A stretch of DNA of 64,000 nucleotides from Laetmonice hystrix. Taxonomy: Eukaryota. The notes below the pieces were generated by a model. That model was not told where the DNA came from. It searched no databases and worked only from the letters and a program-made list of their open reading frames with translations. Positions 37,390-50,578 of this stretch are shown in pieces (position 1 is the first letter of the stretch; every line of letters begins with the position of its first letter). The position numbers and the translations under genes are program-made. The stretch is from the NCBI GenBank assembly GCA_965235115.1, contig OZ249444.1, forward strand, positions 25,606,001 through 25,670,000, in the 5' to 3' direction.

Positions 37390-38042
37390 CATGGGGCCTC
37401 GATCGTCATTGGCCGACTGTAGAGTTTTGTATCTGTTAACTAATATCATTACTCAGTCGACCAAACTATCTGTGTGAATGAAGATGTTTTCATCATTCCA
37501 ATATTAATCCTAGGTACGACCAACGTGCCAGGTCTATGACATACACCAGCATAAATATACATTATATTATACATACCTAAAAAAAACCACAAAAACCCAA
37601 GCACCCCTCCCCTTCCCCCGGGTACGCCACTGTACCATATAATCCAGTGTATATCGGTTGGCTAAATAACATGCTAAAACACTCAGCTGAACAATTTGAT
37701 TAGTGTAGCATTTTTAAACCTAAGCGCAATAGTTTCATTAAAGACAGGCCATCCTACTCGCTGGAGTTCCTATTTTAACATTATTAGTAATAATTAATGG
37801 ACAATAATTACAATTGTAGCACTTGGCATTTCGTTACGGAACCAATTAAAACATGACAGGTGCTAATGATATGCGGATGCCTTTTCATGATGTAGATTTT
37901 GTACTACATCTCTGAGTCTGTGCTTGATTCATACACTTATAAACACCGTCAGCAAACTCCTCCTCAGCAGTTTATAAGATACAGATGATTAAATGTGGCT
38001 GCATGACACCCTCATGTCTTGAACATCACTGGCGTGTAACTC

Positions 38043-38704
38043 TAGGTACACTGAACCAGTTACTAGTCGCGATACGTTGTAACAATTCTATTGTAGGTAC
38101 ACTGAACCAGTTTCTAGTCGTGATATGTTATAACAATTCTATTGTAGGTACACTGAACCAGTTACTAGTCGCGATACGTTATAACAGTTCTATTGTAGGT
38201 ACACTGAACCAGTTACTAGTCGCGATACGTTATAACAATTCTATTGTAGGTACACTGAACCAGTTACTAGTCGTGATATGTTATAACAATTCTATTGTAG
38301 GTACACTGAACCAGTTACTAGTCGCGATACGTTATAACAATTCTATTGTAGGTACACTGAACCAGTTACTAGTCGCGATACGTTATAACAATTCTATTGT
38401 AGGTACACTGAACCAGTTACTAGTCGCGATACGTTATAACAATTCTATTGTAGGTACACTGAACCAGTTACTAGTCGCGATACGTTGTAACAATTCTATT
38501 GTAGGTACACTGAACCAGTTACTAGTCGCGATACGTTATAACAATTCTATTGTAGGTACACTGAACCAGTTACTAGTCGCGATACGTTGTAACAATTCTA
38601 TTGTAGGTACACTGAACCAGTTACTAGTCGCGATACGTTGTAACAATTCTATTGTAGGTACACTGAACCAGTTACTAGTCGCGATACGTTATAACAATTG
38701 TATT
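38043..38704. repeat. Minisatellite, 51-bp unit, about 13 copies
   Basis: GTAGGTACACTGAACCAGTTACTAGTCGCGATACGTTATAACAATTCTATT; explains ORF 37985-38719. Confidence 0.97.
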
Positions 38705-39544
38705 GGTATCCCTGCTTGACCAGCAGACTGTTTTAACTTGGACTTTGGCTTAGAGTATAAGCCAAACTAGGTAACCGGCATAACTCATTTTGTAACAGTC
38801 GATATATGGACTCTTTGAAACAAGTACTGTATCAACTCTCCATTCTGAGAGGACAGGTTGACTATAATCATATAACTTACACCTATTACCTTACCTTATA
38901 CTTTTAACACATACTTCTTGCTCAAACTCCTAACTCACACTTCTAACTCTCTAACTCACTGTACTCTTCACTTGTCTGCTAATGTCTTGTAATATCAATA
39001 ATTCGTAAACGATTTCGTTTGAGTGGATATTGAGCCGAACTAAATACTTGAGCTCCACATCTGAACGCCCTTTTCAACAAACACATCTAGCACCCATTTC
39101 AAATTATGTTAACAAATTATTGAACATTTTGGCCAGATGAGTTCCTATTCTACATCATTCTATTATAACAGGAAGTTGTAATTGCATCAATTATTTCATC
39201 CGATCAGACAGTAAACACGTTTTCATATTTACATCCCTCACATGTTTCTAACATTCTGACAGAGAGCGTATGTCGTCAGTGATGTCTGCATTAATTATTA
39301 CCTTTCGTATCATCTTCCAATTTGAAGGATTGTGAAGGACAAAGTATTCAACATTCTATACATCACTGGGGTGGTGCTAGCAATACTTCTGACACGTTAT
39401 GTCACAGTAACAGAGTTATTAAACCGTTAAGACGTGAATAATTATGGTCCCTGACCTTTTTGGTAGTTATGGAGTTTTATAAACAGTCAAAGATAACAGT
39501 GCTTCTATCAACGAATCACGGCTGACTGGCATTTACTCTCACAC

Positions 39545-40320
39545 TCTCTCAGTCATTACACATATATCAACATACCCAGGGCTAACTCTCTCAAAATACC
39601 AACAGCATGGGTTGACTCTCTCAGTCATTACACATATACCAACACACCCAGGGCTAACTCTCTCAAAATACCAACAACATGGGTTGACTCTCTCACTCAG
39701 TCATTACACATATACCAACATACCCAGGGCTAACTCTCTCAGTCATTACACATATACCAACATACCCAGGGCTAACTCTCAAAATACCAACAAGCATGGG
39801 TTGACTCTCTCAGTCATTACACATATACCAACATACCCAGGGCTAACTCTCTCAGTCATTACACATATACCAACATACCCAGGGCTAACTCTCTCAGTCA
39901 TTACACATATACCAACATACCCAGGGCTAACTCTCTGTCATTACACATATACCAACATACCCAGGGCTAACTCTCTCAGTCATTACACATATACCAACAC
40001 ACCCAGGGCTAACTCTCTCAGTCATTACACATATACCAACATACCCAGGGCTAACTCTCTCAAAATACCAACAGCATGAGTTGACTCGCTCACTCAGTCA
40101 TTACACATATACCAACATACCCAGAGCTAACTCTCAAAATACCAACAAGCATGGGTTGACTCTCACTCATTACATAATACCAACAAGCATGGGTTGACTC
40201 TCACTCATTACATAATACCAACAAGCATGGGTTGACTCTCTCACTCATGTATAGTATCAACATACCCAGGGCTAATTCTCATTACATAATATCAACATAC
40301 CATAGGTTGACTCTCTCACT
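39545..40320. repeat. Complex minisatellite (about 42-bp core) just downstream of the TMTC4 stop
   Basis: CTCTCAGTCATTACACATATACCAACATACCCAGGGCTAACT with interleaved CAAAATACCAACAGCATGGGTTGACT units. Confidence 0.9.
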
Positions 40321-40338
40321 GTTTACATGTTGTCATAA

Positions 40339-43300
40339 CTATGACACAGGTTTCCCCATCTTACGCCGCAACATGACAAGGTTGTCATAGGTTGTCTGAG
40401 ATGACGGGTCGAGTTGTAGCGCCCTCTGGTAGGCTACCGCAGCCTTCTCCAACTTTCCCCAGCGATGGTAGAGCACACCTACAATACCAAGTCGGTGGAT
40501 ACCTCAGTGGATTATCTTGGTCTTGGAACAGATTTAAGTCTGGTTATAACCATGGCAGTCATATTAACACAGAGATTAGGGTTCAAGAACTCACCAATGT
40601 TACTGTAAAAACTTGGGTTGTTTGGGGCCAGCTCAAGGGCCCTGAGAAAGTGAGCTTCACTCTCAGAAAACCGACCAGATTTTCCCATAGCATTGGCGAT
40701 ATTGTAGTGAATGGAAGGCTCCTGCGGCAGATGTCGCTGTGCTTCCTTGGCCACAATTTCTAGCTCTCCAATCCGACCTGTAATAAATGACACTTTTTTA
40801 AACACCAAGAGTGATATAAAATATATTTAACACGACAAAACACAAGTAGCAGGAGTCTGTAGTGAGGGCGAGGCAGGCAATGACTAAAGTTGTGGAGTGG
40901 CGGAATAATGCTGCTCTAAGTGCTGCCTTGGGTGACCTTTAGACCGGTTGGGTTAGGGTAAGGGCTAACTAATTAATGTTATTAAAACACTCGCAAAGAG
41001 ACTGACCCAGGTTGTCGAGCAGTAGTATCATGTTGCTCCAAGCACTGACATGGGTTGGCTTTAGAAGGGTAGCATTACGCCAAGCAGTCAACGCCTCCTG
41101 GTGGTGGTGCATGTCAAGATACTGGAAAAGATACCACAAAAATAAGATTAAGATTCCCCAGTTATGCTACAATGAGACAGACCAGGTTTCTCAGTTAATG
41201 TTACAATGAGACAGACCAGGTTCCCCAGTTATGTTACAATGAGACAGACCAGGTTCCCCAGTTATAATACTGTTACAATGAGACAGACCAGGTTCCCCAG
41301 TTATAATACTGTTACAATAAGGCAGACCAGGTTCCCCAGTTATGTTACAATGAGACAGACCAGGGCCCGGTTCACAAGCAAAGTCAAGTCAATTTTAATT
41401 GACTTGAAGTCAATTTTACTTGAATCTGATTGGTTAAACTGGATTTCAAGTTAATTAAAATTGACTTGACTTTGTTTGTGAACCGGGCCCAGGTTCCCCA
41501 GTTATGTTACAATGAGACAGACCAGGTTCCCCAGTTATGTTACAATGAGACAGACCAGGTTCCCCAGTTATGTTACAATGAGACAGACCAGGTTCCCCAG
41601 TTATGTTACAATGAGACAGACCAGGTTCCCCAGTTATAATACTGTTACAATGAGACAGACCAGGTTCCCCAGTTATGTTACAATGAGACAGACCAGGTTT
41701 CCGAGGTTGTAGTAACAGTCTGGATACTTCTTGCGGTGACGGAGAGCCATGTGGTAACTGTATTCTGCTGAAGTGTTCTTCTTCAACGCTGCCTGCACAA
41801 TACCAAGGTTCATCCAGGCAGCAGCAAACTCTGGTCTGGAAAAATCATTTCATCAATCCCTCACTCATAGATAACCAAATTCATCCAGGTAGCAGCAGAT
41901 GACTTCAATCTAACAGTTCATAAGAGTTGAGGCAGTGTTATGGACCCTTTGGGAAGTGTTTGGGACCCTCTGGGCTGGGTTGGGGTCCCTCTGGGCAGTG
42001 TTTGGGACCCTCTGGGCAGTGTTATGGACCCTTTGGGCAGTGTTTTGGACCCTTCATGCAGTGATAGGGTCCCTCCAAGAAGAGTTGAGGTCATTCCAGG
42101 CAGACTGACCTGATGCTGGTGGCCTGGACCAGGAGAACTTCTGCCTCCTGCAAGTCTCCCTGCTCCTTCAAGATGTTGGCCAGGTTGTTCATGGCTTGAT
42201 CGTACTCCGGATGTAACCTAGGCCCGATAAAAGATCAAATTACAATTCTCATTTCTTAAGTAATATTGCCTGAAACTTACTTACTGAAGAAAATAACACA
42301 GACAACAAAACTTGTTAGTGAAATCATTTCAAAAAACAAAACGCATGGAAATTATTTTCTCTCCTGTATGCAGATGATAAAAGATAATATTATTCTTAAA
42401 ATGTAGCAGCTTGCATACGTTATATTTCTCCAATTTTTTTCATACCCACCTGATGGCTAGTCTGTATTCCTCAATGGCATAGTTGACATCCCCCGAGTCA
42501 CCATAGATCTTAGCAATGTTATAATGTACCTGCCAATTATAGATAACATTACTGAAAACTGAAAACCCCAGACAATAGAGAAAAAATGCTAAGGCATCTC
42601 AATGGCAATGGAAGGGGGGTGTGTGTAAAACTCTTGGACTCCCCCCTCCCCAACTACAAGTGTGATGTCAGTTAGATAGTCGTAGGAACTTACCTTGGCA
42701 TTGTTAGGGCACACGTCGAGCCCGGTCTCAAACAGTTGTTTCTCTGTCCTCCAGTCGTTACTCCGCTGAACAATTCAAACATTTCATGATATTCAGGACA
42801 AGTTGCCTGTCCAGGAGCCATATTGTACCCAGTATGTCAACCCACATTCCACAATTCCCACATTAATAATTTGTGGCCTTTTTTGCTTGATCCTTGGAGT
42901 TGTCTCAAATACATTGGTACATCAACTCTGATTCTAACTCGGAAGAGAGGGTTTTTGATTTCTAAGTTGTGAACTTTGGATCCTGAAATTCTGTCAGATA
43001 TAATATAGTAGCATGAACAAAAGATGTGGACAATCTTTAATCTTGACCTACCTGGACAGACCTAACCATGAAGGAGAGGATGATGAAGATGATGAAAGCT
43101 TGTATCACCTGGCAGAGAAATTTACTTACATCATACAGTACTTAATCTTTGTTTGAAATCAGCTTAAAATGTGAATACACACATGCCACTCAAGTAAAAC
43201 CAGGCCATGAACAAATATAAACCATTTCTAAGTGAGTTTGAAGACGTGTTACAAGATCATTGTATGAACCGAGCCATGAACAAATATAAACCATTTGTGA

Positions 43301-46300
43301 GTTTGAATATGTGTTACGAGATCGTTGTATGAACCGGGCCATGAACAAATATAAACCATTTCTAAGTGAGTTTGAAGACGTGTTACGAGATCGTTGTATG
43401 ACCCGGCCATGCACAAATATAAACCATTTCTAAGTGAGTTTGAATATGTGTTACAAGATCGTTGTATGAACCGAGCCATGAACAAATATAAACCATTTCT
43501 AAGTGAGTTTGAATATGTGTTACAAGATCTTTGTATAAACCGGGCCATGCACAAATATAAACCATTTCTAAGTGAGTTTGAATATGTGTTACAAGATCGT
43601 TGTATGAACCGAGCCATGAACAAATATAAACCATTTCTAAGTGAGTTTGAAGACGTGTTACGAGATCGTTGTATGAACCGAGCCATGAACAAATATAAAC
43701 CATTTCTAAGTGAGTTTAAAGACGTGATACGAGATCGTTGTATGAACCGGGCCATGAACAAATATAAACCATTTCTAAGTGAGTTTGAAGACGTGATACG
43801 AGATCATTGTATGAACCGGGCCATGAACAAATATAAACCATTTCTAAGTGAGTTTGAAGACGTGTTACGAGATCGTTGTATGAACCGGGCCATGAACAAA
43901 TATAAACCATTTCTAAGTGAGTTTGAAGACACGATATGCGATCGCTGTATGAACCGGGCCATGCACAAATATAAACCATTTCTAAGCGAGTTTGAAGACA
44001 TGACACGAGATCGTTGTATGAACCGGGCCATGAACAAATATAAACCATTTCTAAGCGAGTTTGAAGACGTGATACGAGATCATTGTATAACTTACCTCCT
44101 TCCTCCTGAAGGTGACACTCATACAACGAATGCCCACCACGATTAGCATACAAAAACCTGCACTTGACAGATACAAAATTCTCTCTGCGATAACAAATCC
44201 AACCCGGAAAAAGATATTGGTGGCTGGTAGGAAGGGTACGACTAGTAGAGCCAGGGACATGATGAGGACTCTGGAGAGAAAGAACATCACGTCACTGCCA
44301 ACCTACATACAAATGTAGATCAGGTCACTGCCAACCTACATACAAATGTAGATCAGGTCACTGCCAACCTACATACAAATGTACATCATGTCACTGTCAA
44401 CCTACATACAAATGTACATCAGGTCACTGCCAACCTACATACAAATGTACATCATGTCACTGCCAACCTACATACAAATGTATATCAGGTCACTGCCAAC
44501 CTACATACAAATGTACATCATGTCACTGCCAACCTACATACAAATGTATATCAGGTCACTGCCAACCTACATACAAATGTACATCACGTCACTGCCAACC
44601 TACATACAAATGTACAAACTTAATGACCCTCAAAATAACTATGCTTCACTGTGATAATTAAAAACTCATAATCTGCCCCATAATCCCTAAGGATAGCACC
44701 AACCTGCAGTTCGTCTCAGAGCTGCCATAAAAACATCGAATGATCAAAGCAGCAAGGATACACCACATGACGAGCGGAGCTACTATCCTTCCATCCAGCA
44801 GTGTTGTAATTACTGGGATACACCCCATTGACCAATCAAAGCATAGCCACCAGGGGTTGAGGAGCAACCAGAAGTCAATGGCATATATATAGTTATAATT
44901 AATGGCCTGAAACAATAATATATAACTGATTAATTTTTCCAAACTCTCAACATGTAAGTAAAAATATCAATCATTGTTCCAAAATCAAACTGAAAAATTG
45001 TCACTGATATACAATGAATGTAGAAGAAACATATATTTGTCATGCTAAAATGTAAATTCCATTATAAAAACTGAAAATATGAGGTAATATTTCTAAAATC
45101 TAAATCTACAATACTGCAGTACCGTCATACAAAATGTTGTTTATTTAATTGATTAGCAAACTCACACGTAGAAAAATGTTCCCTGCAAAAGACTGAGGAT
45201 TGTCAACCACTTGAAAAACTGGTGCCGTCGAGCCCATGACACGCCACCGACCCACCAGGATGGCAATGCCTGTCGCGAGTAACACCAGGTGGCGCACTAA
45301 TAGACATCGTACCCAGGATGGGGACTGGAACGACAGAAACCAACATATTTAAAACAGGTCCTGACATCCATAACGGCATTAGTATATTTAAGGTTAGAAA
45401 AAACTTACATGCGTAAATCTCTGTCCAACACTATGAGAGGCAGATATAAAAAATAACATGTCACTCTGATACAACTCTGAAAAGGTTGAGACGATGACGG
45501 ACTACCTCAGAGGAGGGACCTCCATTTTGAAGCGGGCCATGTGAAGGTGAGTGATGACTTGGAGATGATTTAGGAGTTGCTCGTTTTTTGTTATTTTTAA
45601 ACAGGTAGCTAGGCAACTTGATAATGTTGATTTGGCACAAAACTATCACATCATATGCACTGCATATTCCCTGAAAAACAACAAAATCAAAATAACAATA
45701 ACGGCAAGGTTTCTTAACATTTTACGTCGTGGAATATATCTTCATAAAAGGAAGCTATGAAAAGCTAAGTGCAAAACCCATCAGGTTTCCATGACAACTT
45801 ACCAGAACTGTGATGCCTTGTTCCTTGGCCAGCACTGATAAACTACAAAGTGACATACTAAGCGCCAACCAGCGCCATCTGATGGTGGTAGGACAAACAT
45901 TTACGTCCTCACTACCTGTAAATTAGGATATAAACGTAAATAAATAAGGATAAAAACAAGACTGGTGAGAGTAACGCTCGTGTGACTAGTTTACTAGTAT
46001 ACTTTAACTAAAAATGAGATTGATAACGTATCGTTAGAAGTGACTTACCTGAGTGACAGGCACGGACATAACACATAAATGATAGGAGGAAGGTGAGAGC
46101 ACACAGCAGATCAGCACGACCGACTACACCAGCCACCTGGTGGGGAAAAATATAATTACATTCACTCAATCACCTCGGAACTGTGGACCAATTGAAAACA
46201 CTGTGAACTAGTTGAAAACATTGACTTGTGTAGAAACACATTTGGTGTCGATAAGCTGAACACAGACTTACACATTCTGTGTGGACTGGGTGAACGGCAA

Positions 46301-47221
46301 ACAGTAAACCACTCAGCAGAGATGCTCGGGGAGCAGCAAAGATCACATGACTGTTTGCATCTTGAAGCTGACCAGAGAACAGCATGGAAAAGACGAGCGT
46401 AAAGATGACGGATACAACGCCATGAAGGATTATGTTTGTGACGTGAAAGCCCCAAGGGTTTAGCCCATCACTCAGGTAGTAGTTCCACCTGTAAACATAA
46501 AACTCAAACATTAACAAACTTCTGCAATGATAAATTACAGCTGAACATCTGATTCTGAGCTATAGATTATCTATTAAAAGTATCAGAAATACCAGGAATA
46601 CTTAAATGAAACTTAACCACTGAGCTTGGTTACTAAACGTGAACGATGAGTACAGATCACAACTGATAAAAGAGAAATTATCAATGGTGTTTTAAAAATA
46701 ATCTAATGTGGTTATCAAGAAAAGGATTAAATGTTCACATTCTGGCTGTTGAATCCATTGCTCAGTGATGGGACTGACATTTCGTGATAAATCGGCACAT
46801 ATCTACTCATGTTTTTGGTTTACTAAACATGCACTTTGTCTGTCACTTGCCTGAATGTAAGCACTGTCAGAGGCCGGTAGGATTTGTGACTCGTGTTGGA
46901 TGCCAGTTTACTCCCCCAGAAGTCATGGCGGAAGAGATCAGTCAATGGTGTCTCTGGCTTTAAATCACTGTTACTAAGTATCGCCTCGGAGTCATCAAAC
47001 ACAAAATCTGCATCGTGACTGCTACAGAAACAGAGAACCGCAGCCAGGAAGATGATGGCAGACACTATGGGGAAGGGAAGAGCTGGGACTGGAATGTTCC
47101 TGTCCCATGGTCGAGGAGGTGGTGGTTTGGCTGTGTGAACTGGTGTTGACTGTTTGCTGCCGCGAGAACGCGTCGGTGACGGGTGAGCAGGCGACTGACC
47201 ATTCCTGTGCTGTTTATGCAT
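40339..47221 (-). CDS. TMTC4: Protein O-mannosyltransferase TMTC4 (GT-C membrane domain plus TPR repeats)
   Basis: 16 phase-compatible exons: 47221-46851, 46488-46272, 46136-46049, 45915-45803, 45670-45506, 45324-45166, 44906-44704, 44270-44096, 43108-43052, 42765-42694, 42529-42450, 42217-42110, 41835-41694, 41121-41007, 40777-40595, 40478-40339 (TAG). Motifs: [95 protein letters not shown] repeats ([13 protein letters not shown]). Confidence 0.95.
41150..41700. repeat. Minisatellite, 33-bp unit, filling a TMTC4 intron and containing the exon-end/donor sequence
   Basis: On the - strand the unit is GGGGAACCTG|GTCTGTCTCATTGTAACATAACT; the true junction is GGAAACCTG|GTCTGT at 41694. Confidence 0.93.
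41364..41489. mobile_element. 126-bp palindromic MITE (TIR GGCCCGGTTCACAA) inserted in a minisatellite unit, CAG TSD
   Basis: Near-perfect ~45-bp arms; neighbouring repeat units show the empty site CAGACCAGGTTCCCC, so the CAG duplication is directly visible. Confidence 0.92.
43195..44085. repeat. Minisatellite, 69-bp unit, about 13 copies, intronic in TMTC4
   Basis: Starts about 10 nt from the donor at 44095; explains ORFs 43190-44153. Confidence 0.95.
44285..44615. repeat. Minisatellite, 33-bp unit, abutting a TMTC4 splice acceptor
   Basis: CATCACGTCACTGCCAACCTACATACAAATGTA; ends about 13 nt from the AG at 44271. Confidence 0.93.
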
Positions 47222-47727
47222 CCTTCATCTCTGAGACATATCAGTCATGAAAAAAAGGGGGAAAATTAAAACCTTGAGAAACGTCTATCCTGTGCATGGA
47301 ATATGGTAAGATATAAATAGCTCCTTATTCTTGCTTGCATTTATTAGAATATATTTAATTTCTATTTATTTTTTTAATTTTTGTTTGTCCTACTAGGCCT
47401 ACCACTAGGTACTACTACTAGTTTATCGACAGTAAATAAAGTTTCAACCCAAATATCCATATCCACAACTGACACCAGTGACGTATTAAATGCCTGCAAA
47501 ATAGCCCCTGTGAAAAAGGCCGGCTATTATTAATTGTGGTAGGCCGATTTGTGGGCCTGACGCCCCTGAACATGCTAGGTAGGGAGAACAGCCATATTAT
47601 CGCCCACCGTTGACGGTGGCCACCTCAGGACGGGCCGCGGTGGTCGTCACTGACCGCCCCGCCCCACCACAGTCTCTCGTGTGACGCTAACGTCTACAAC
47701 CGTCCACCAACACTCCATGCTACTTAC

Positions 47728-48420
47728 CTCGTGTACGTTACTGCAGAGCAATGTGCGCTGTTCATCGGTTTATGCAGGGCCTACATAAATGACAGCCCAT
47801 CGAACTCCAACCAAAGTTCACTGAGCTCTCGTAACTCGGCGATGGCCGACGATCGTGCCAACTCAGCTGATAGCTTCCTGCTGACTGGTGGCGACATCTG
47901 GTGACAGAGCCGAAAACCAGAGCCTCCTTTATTTAACACCAGAGGTCAGGCTTAATTGCTGTTCAGCGTCGACCGTGCCAGGGTGTAAGCCGGTGATTAG
48001 TCCGTCTGGCGCCGGACCAACCAACCGAACGGCATGGCCAGGGTAGGTCCATTTACACAATCTGACAATTGTTGTTTGTACATAGACAAGTAAAAAAACC
48101 TAGGGCAGTTCTCCGCTTCGCTGACTGCCTTTGACCGGACCTAGCCTAGGCTCTAGGCCTATTTTAGGCCCTATTTCCCCGTTTTGGCACGGGTCCACTG
48201 CTCTCGGGCCCAGTGGGGGTCAATTCATTAGATTCTAAGTTAACACACTTATACCCACAAGATAGTTAACATGCTGATTTCGGTTGTTCATTAAATATTA
48301 TAGGCCTAAGATCTACAGGCGTAGGGCTATAGGCCTAGCCTATATCTCAGGATGCCTAGGCCCTAGCCTACCTCCACTTAAAACTGGCGGTTTCCGCATG
48401 TTTCCGGAAGTGTTCAGCGG
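47728..48420 (-). promoter_or_regulatory. Probable TMTC4 promoter / non-coding 5' exons
   Basis: CpG-rich; ETS-type ACTTCCGG near 48404-48412; candidate donors GAG|GTAGGC at 48372 and GAG|GTAAGT at 47728; acceptor at 47231 just before the ATG. Confidence 0.45.
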
Positions 48421-50578
48421 AGACAGAGTCGGTGCACATGGTCGAAATGCCGGTAGTCGTTTCGCGCCACGCCGCTCATAGTCTCTGACTCTCATCTAGG
48501 GGTAATGTTTTATTTACAAGAAAATCCAATATTTAATAGGGGCCTATGTCACGAAGGTAGATTGTACACTATAGGCCTCTACTTTTACCAAGCTCAAAAA
48601 CAGGCCTATTACTATAATAGTATTAGTCCAACAAGACTAAACGCGCACAATTCGTAGGTAGTGTGTGGGGTAGAAAAAGTCCATGTGCGCGAGTGACACA
48701 GAAATGTGATTGTTCATTCTGACGTTTTGTGGACGTTTTAGTAGGCCTAGTTGGCCTAGGCCTACACGAGAATAATTCTAGAATTCTATAAAAGTGTGTA
48801 GATTTGTCCATACTGGCCCTTTGATACAATGTGTTAGGCCTACTATATTTGTGTGGTTTTGGTAGAGTAGCCTAGTTACTACGCGGTAGTAGGCCTAACA
48901 GAAAGGAGAATTGAACAAAAATGTTTGGTATTTTGTGAAGTACTTTATGAGAATAGGCTACCTATATAGATTTAGATTTGTAAAAAGTTGTTGTTTTCTC
49001 ACTGTTTTCTCACATAAAGTTTTAGGTGCGGTAAGATCTTTTCACCTTGAACTAGCATCTTGAGCGTATTCCAGAGTGACCATTCCAATCGGAGGGAAGA
49101 TCTAAAATCTGAGGTGTCTGGCGGGGTCAAATCAGTGGGTAATTAATTTTATCTGGGCCAAGGGACATCGGCGTTAAGGTAAACTTGGTTTCATGTGGTA
49201 CCTCCTATTTGTTTAAGCCTCCTATTTTTTGCCCCCTATTTTTTTGCCTTTTGCCTCCTATTTTTGGCGTCTTGGGGGCCTATTTCAACCATTTACTTGT
49301 CTGGCACAAGTGAACTTATTTCAAGGTTGACAGTACAGAGAATTTAGAAGTGGTTCTGACTGGTATCCCCAATGTTTGAGCTAGCCCCATGGGTAACTTT
49401 TAGTATTCCCAGGGTACGCACGCAGCTGAGAGTACTCTGCAGAAATGATCCATTTTTCGTATATCCCCTGTGACTCCATACAAGGCCCTGGGATTCCAGT
49501 CTATTAGTTCTGGTTGTTTTATCTACATTAACCACAAAAGAAGGTTATTAGACCTAGCACTAGCCTAGGCCTATTCAGATTGCGATATTCGGGATAAACT
49601 GTGCTAGACAGAAGGAGAGTGCCAGTCCAATATTTGGGATAAACTGTGCTAGACCATATTGATGATATAGACCTACTTTATACGTGTAGGCCTACTAGGA
49701 AAAGGGCGGGCATACATAGGCAAGAGCTGTGGATTTTCTACGGGTATTGCTAGTAGTAGTATAATAGAAGACACATGACAAATGAAAATGTATTTCTCTT
49801 TTCATCACGATTAATTTGTTTTAGGACTATAGTGTTTGTATTAATATACCAGAGAATACAGAAGAAATAAAATGAATTTGTTTTTTATGATTTTATAGGT
49901 TGTTTTAGGAATAGTGTTTGTATTAATATACCAGAGAATACAGAAGAAATCAAATACATGTACATGTGTATATGTTTTCATGATTAGTGTTTTAGGAATA
50001 TAGTGCTTGTATTAATATACCAGAAAATACAGTAGAAATATAATGTATTTGTTTTCATGATTAGGGTGTTTTATGAATAGTGTTTGTGAGACAAAATCGG
50101 GTAAGTAGTGGGTGGGGGGAATTAGGGGGAGGGCTTAAGCCCCATAAGCCCTCAAGAGCGCATTTGCGCAAAAAGTTTTGAACAACCGAGTACGCTGGCA
50201 CGCACCCACGGAAGATAGCTCGGCCCCTGTTGTAGTCTACTTGCCTTTTAACAGATATGACATAGTAAACATTCCTACTGTAACTACTGGGATGCAGTGA
50301 AGACAGCTACCTTAGATTACTAAGACGGTCAGGGAACTATGTGGTGATCTTTGGACATAATTCGTCTCTAAAACGTGGAGGAATTATACTTGAGACTAAC
50401 AAAAGGTAGCAATTTTGCCACCATTTTTTTTATGTTTATATTTGTGACACGTGAGCGGAAGTCCTCCACCCAGGAAGGCGAGAAGATTGGAAAAGTCTGC
50501 AATATGGCCGGCAAGTGTCCAAGTTTTTAGTCCATGCGAATTGTTCCTTTTGTCCTACTTCGGAGATGGCACCAGATT

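Noticed and set aside
43190-44654. 250-aa [19 protein letters not shown] repeat ORF and neighbours
   Set aside because: These are 69-bp and 33-bp arrays inside TMTC4 introns.
45409-45430. 22-nt micro-exon candidate in TMTC4 (CTCATAG|...|GTAAGT)
   Set aside because: Inclusion breaks the frame between the phase-0 exons at 45506 and 45324. It could only be a poison exon, and I have no support for it.
40415-45880. CTCF-like motifs (CTACCAGAGGGCGC near 40420; CATCAGATGGCGC near 45865)
   Set aside because: They lie in TMTC4 coding exons and are explained by codon content.
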